A DNA stretch of 16,284 nt from Coleofasciculus chthonoplastes F2-STO-03 (GTDB taxonomy: Bacteria > Cyanobacteriota > Cyanobacteriia > Cyanobacteriales > Coleofasciculaceae): NCBI GenBank assembly GCA_040222015.1, contig JAVJWO010000088.1:1-16284 (forward strand), in the 5' to 3' direction. The notes beneath the pieces are model-generated. The model did not search any database, was not told the DNA's origin, and saw only the letters and a list, made by a program, of their open reading frames with translations. This document shows, piece after piece, positions 16,213-16,284 of the stretch. The stretch's first letter is position 1. Each line of letters begins with the position of its first letter. The translations under genes were made by a program, and so were the position numbers.

Positions 16213-16284
16213 GCTCCCCCTGCTCCCCCGGGGGGCCCGGGGGCCCCGGCGGGCCCGGGGCGACCGGCAGGCCCAGCGGCGGGG
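16213..16284. other. C/G-rich repeat start running into an extremely GC-rich low-complexity tail, probably low-quality contig-end sequence
   Basis: GCTCCCCCTGCTCCCCC (reverse of the 11198-type repeat), then almost only G and C, unlike the rest of the window. Confidence 0.6.

Noticed and set aside
16220..16284. Extremely GC-rich tail as a structured RNA or foreign DNA
   Set aside because: Low complexity, at the very end of the window and right after a C-run repeat; most likely poor-quality sequence.

Overview
Cyanobacterial DNA: I counted 13 HIP1 octamers (GCGATCGC), and there are STRR-type heptamers and GTAG-type REP palindromes. A filamentous, mat-type cyanobacterium is likely, but that is inference. 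Gene order: hypF(-), Uma2(-), a 1202-aa CHAT protease-STAND NTPase-TPR protein(+), a ~308-aa uncharacterised protein(+), Uma2(+), menD(-), acetate-CoA ligase/GNAT fusion(-), hoxW(-) and a SpoIIE/PP2C-like phosphatase of the type found in [FeFe]-hydrogenase sensory operons(-). Most notable: (1) a HIP1-free block carrying an NLR-like caspase-family sensor-protease and a co-oriented unknown partner with a hydrophobic segment, a candidate protease-activated defence or cell-death module; (2) REP-like palindromes inserted in frame in hypF (twice, plus its C-terminus), menD and the CHAT protein; (3) three nested miniature elements at 8841-9192; (4) a MITE with a 7-bp target duplication just upstream of menD; (5) an HfsC-like phosphatase next to NiFe-hydrogenase maturation and acetate genes. 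The first 141 bp are a tandem repeat and the last ~65 bp are probably a sequencing artefact. All calls are from reading the sequence; no searches were run.
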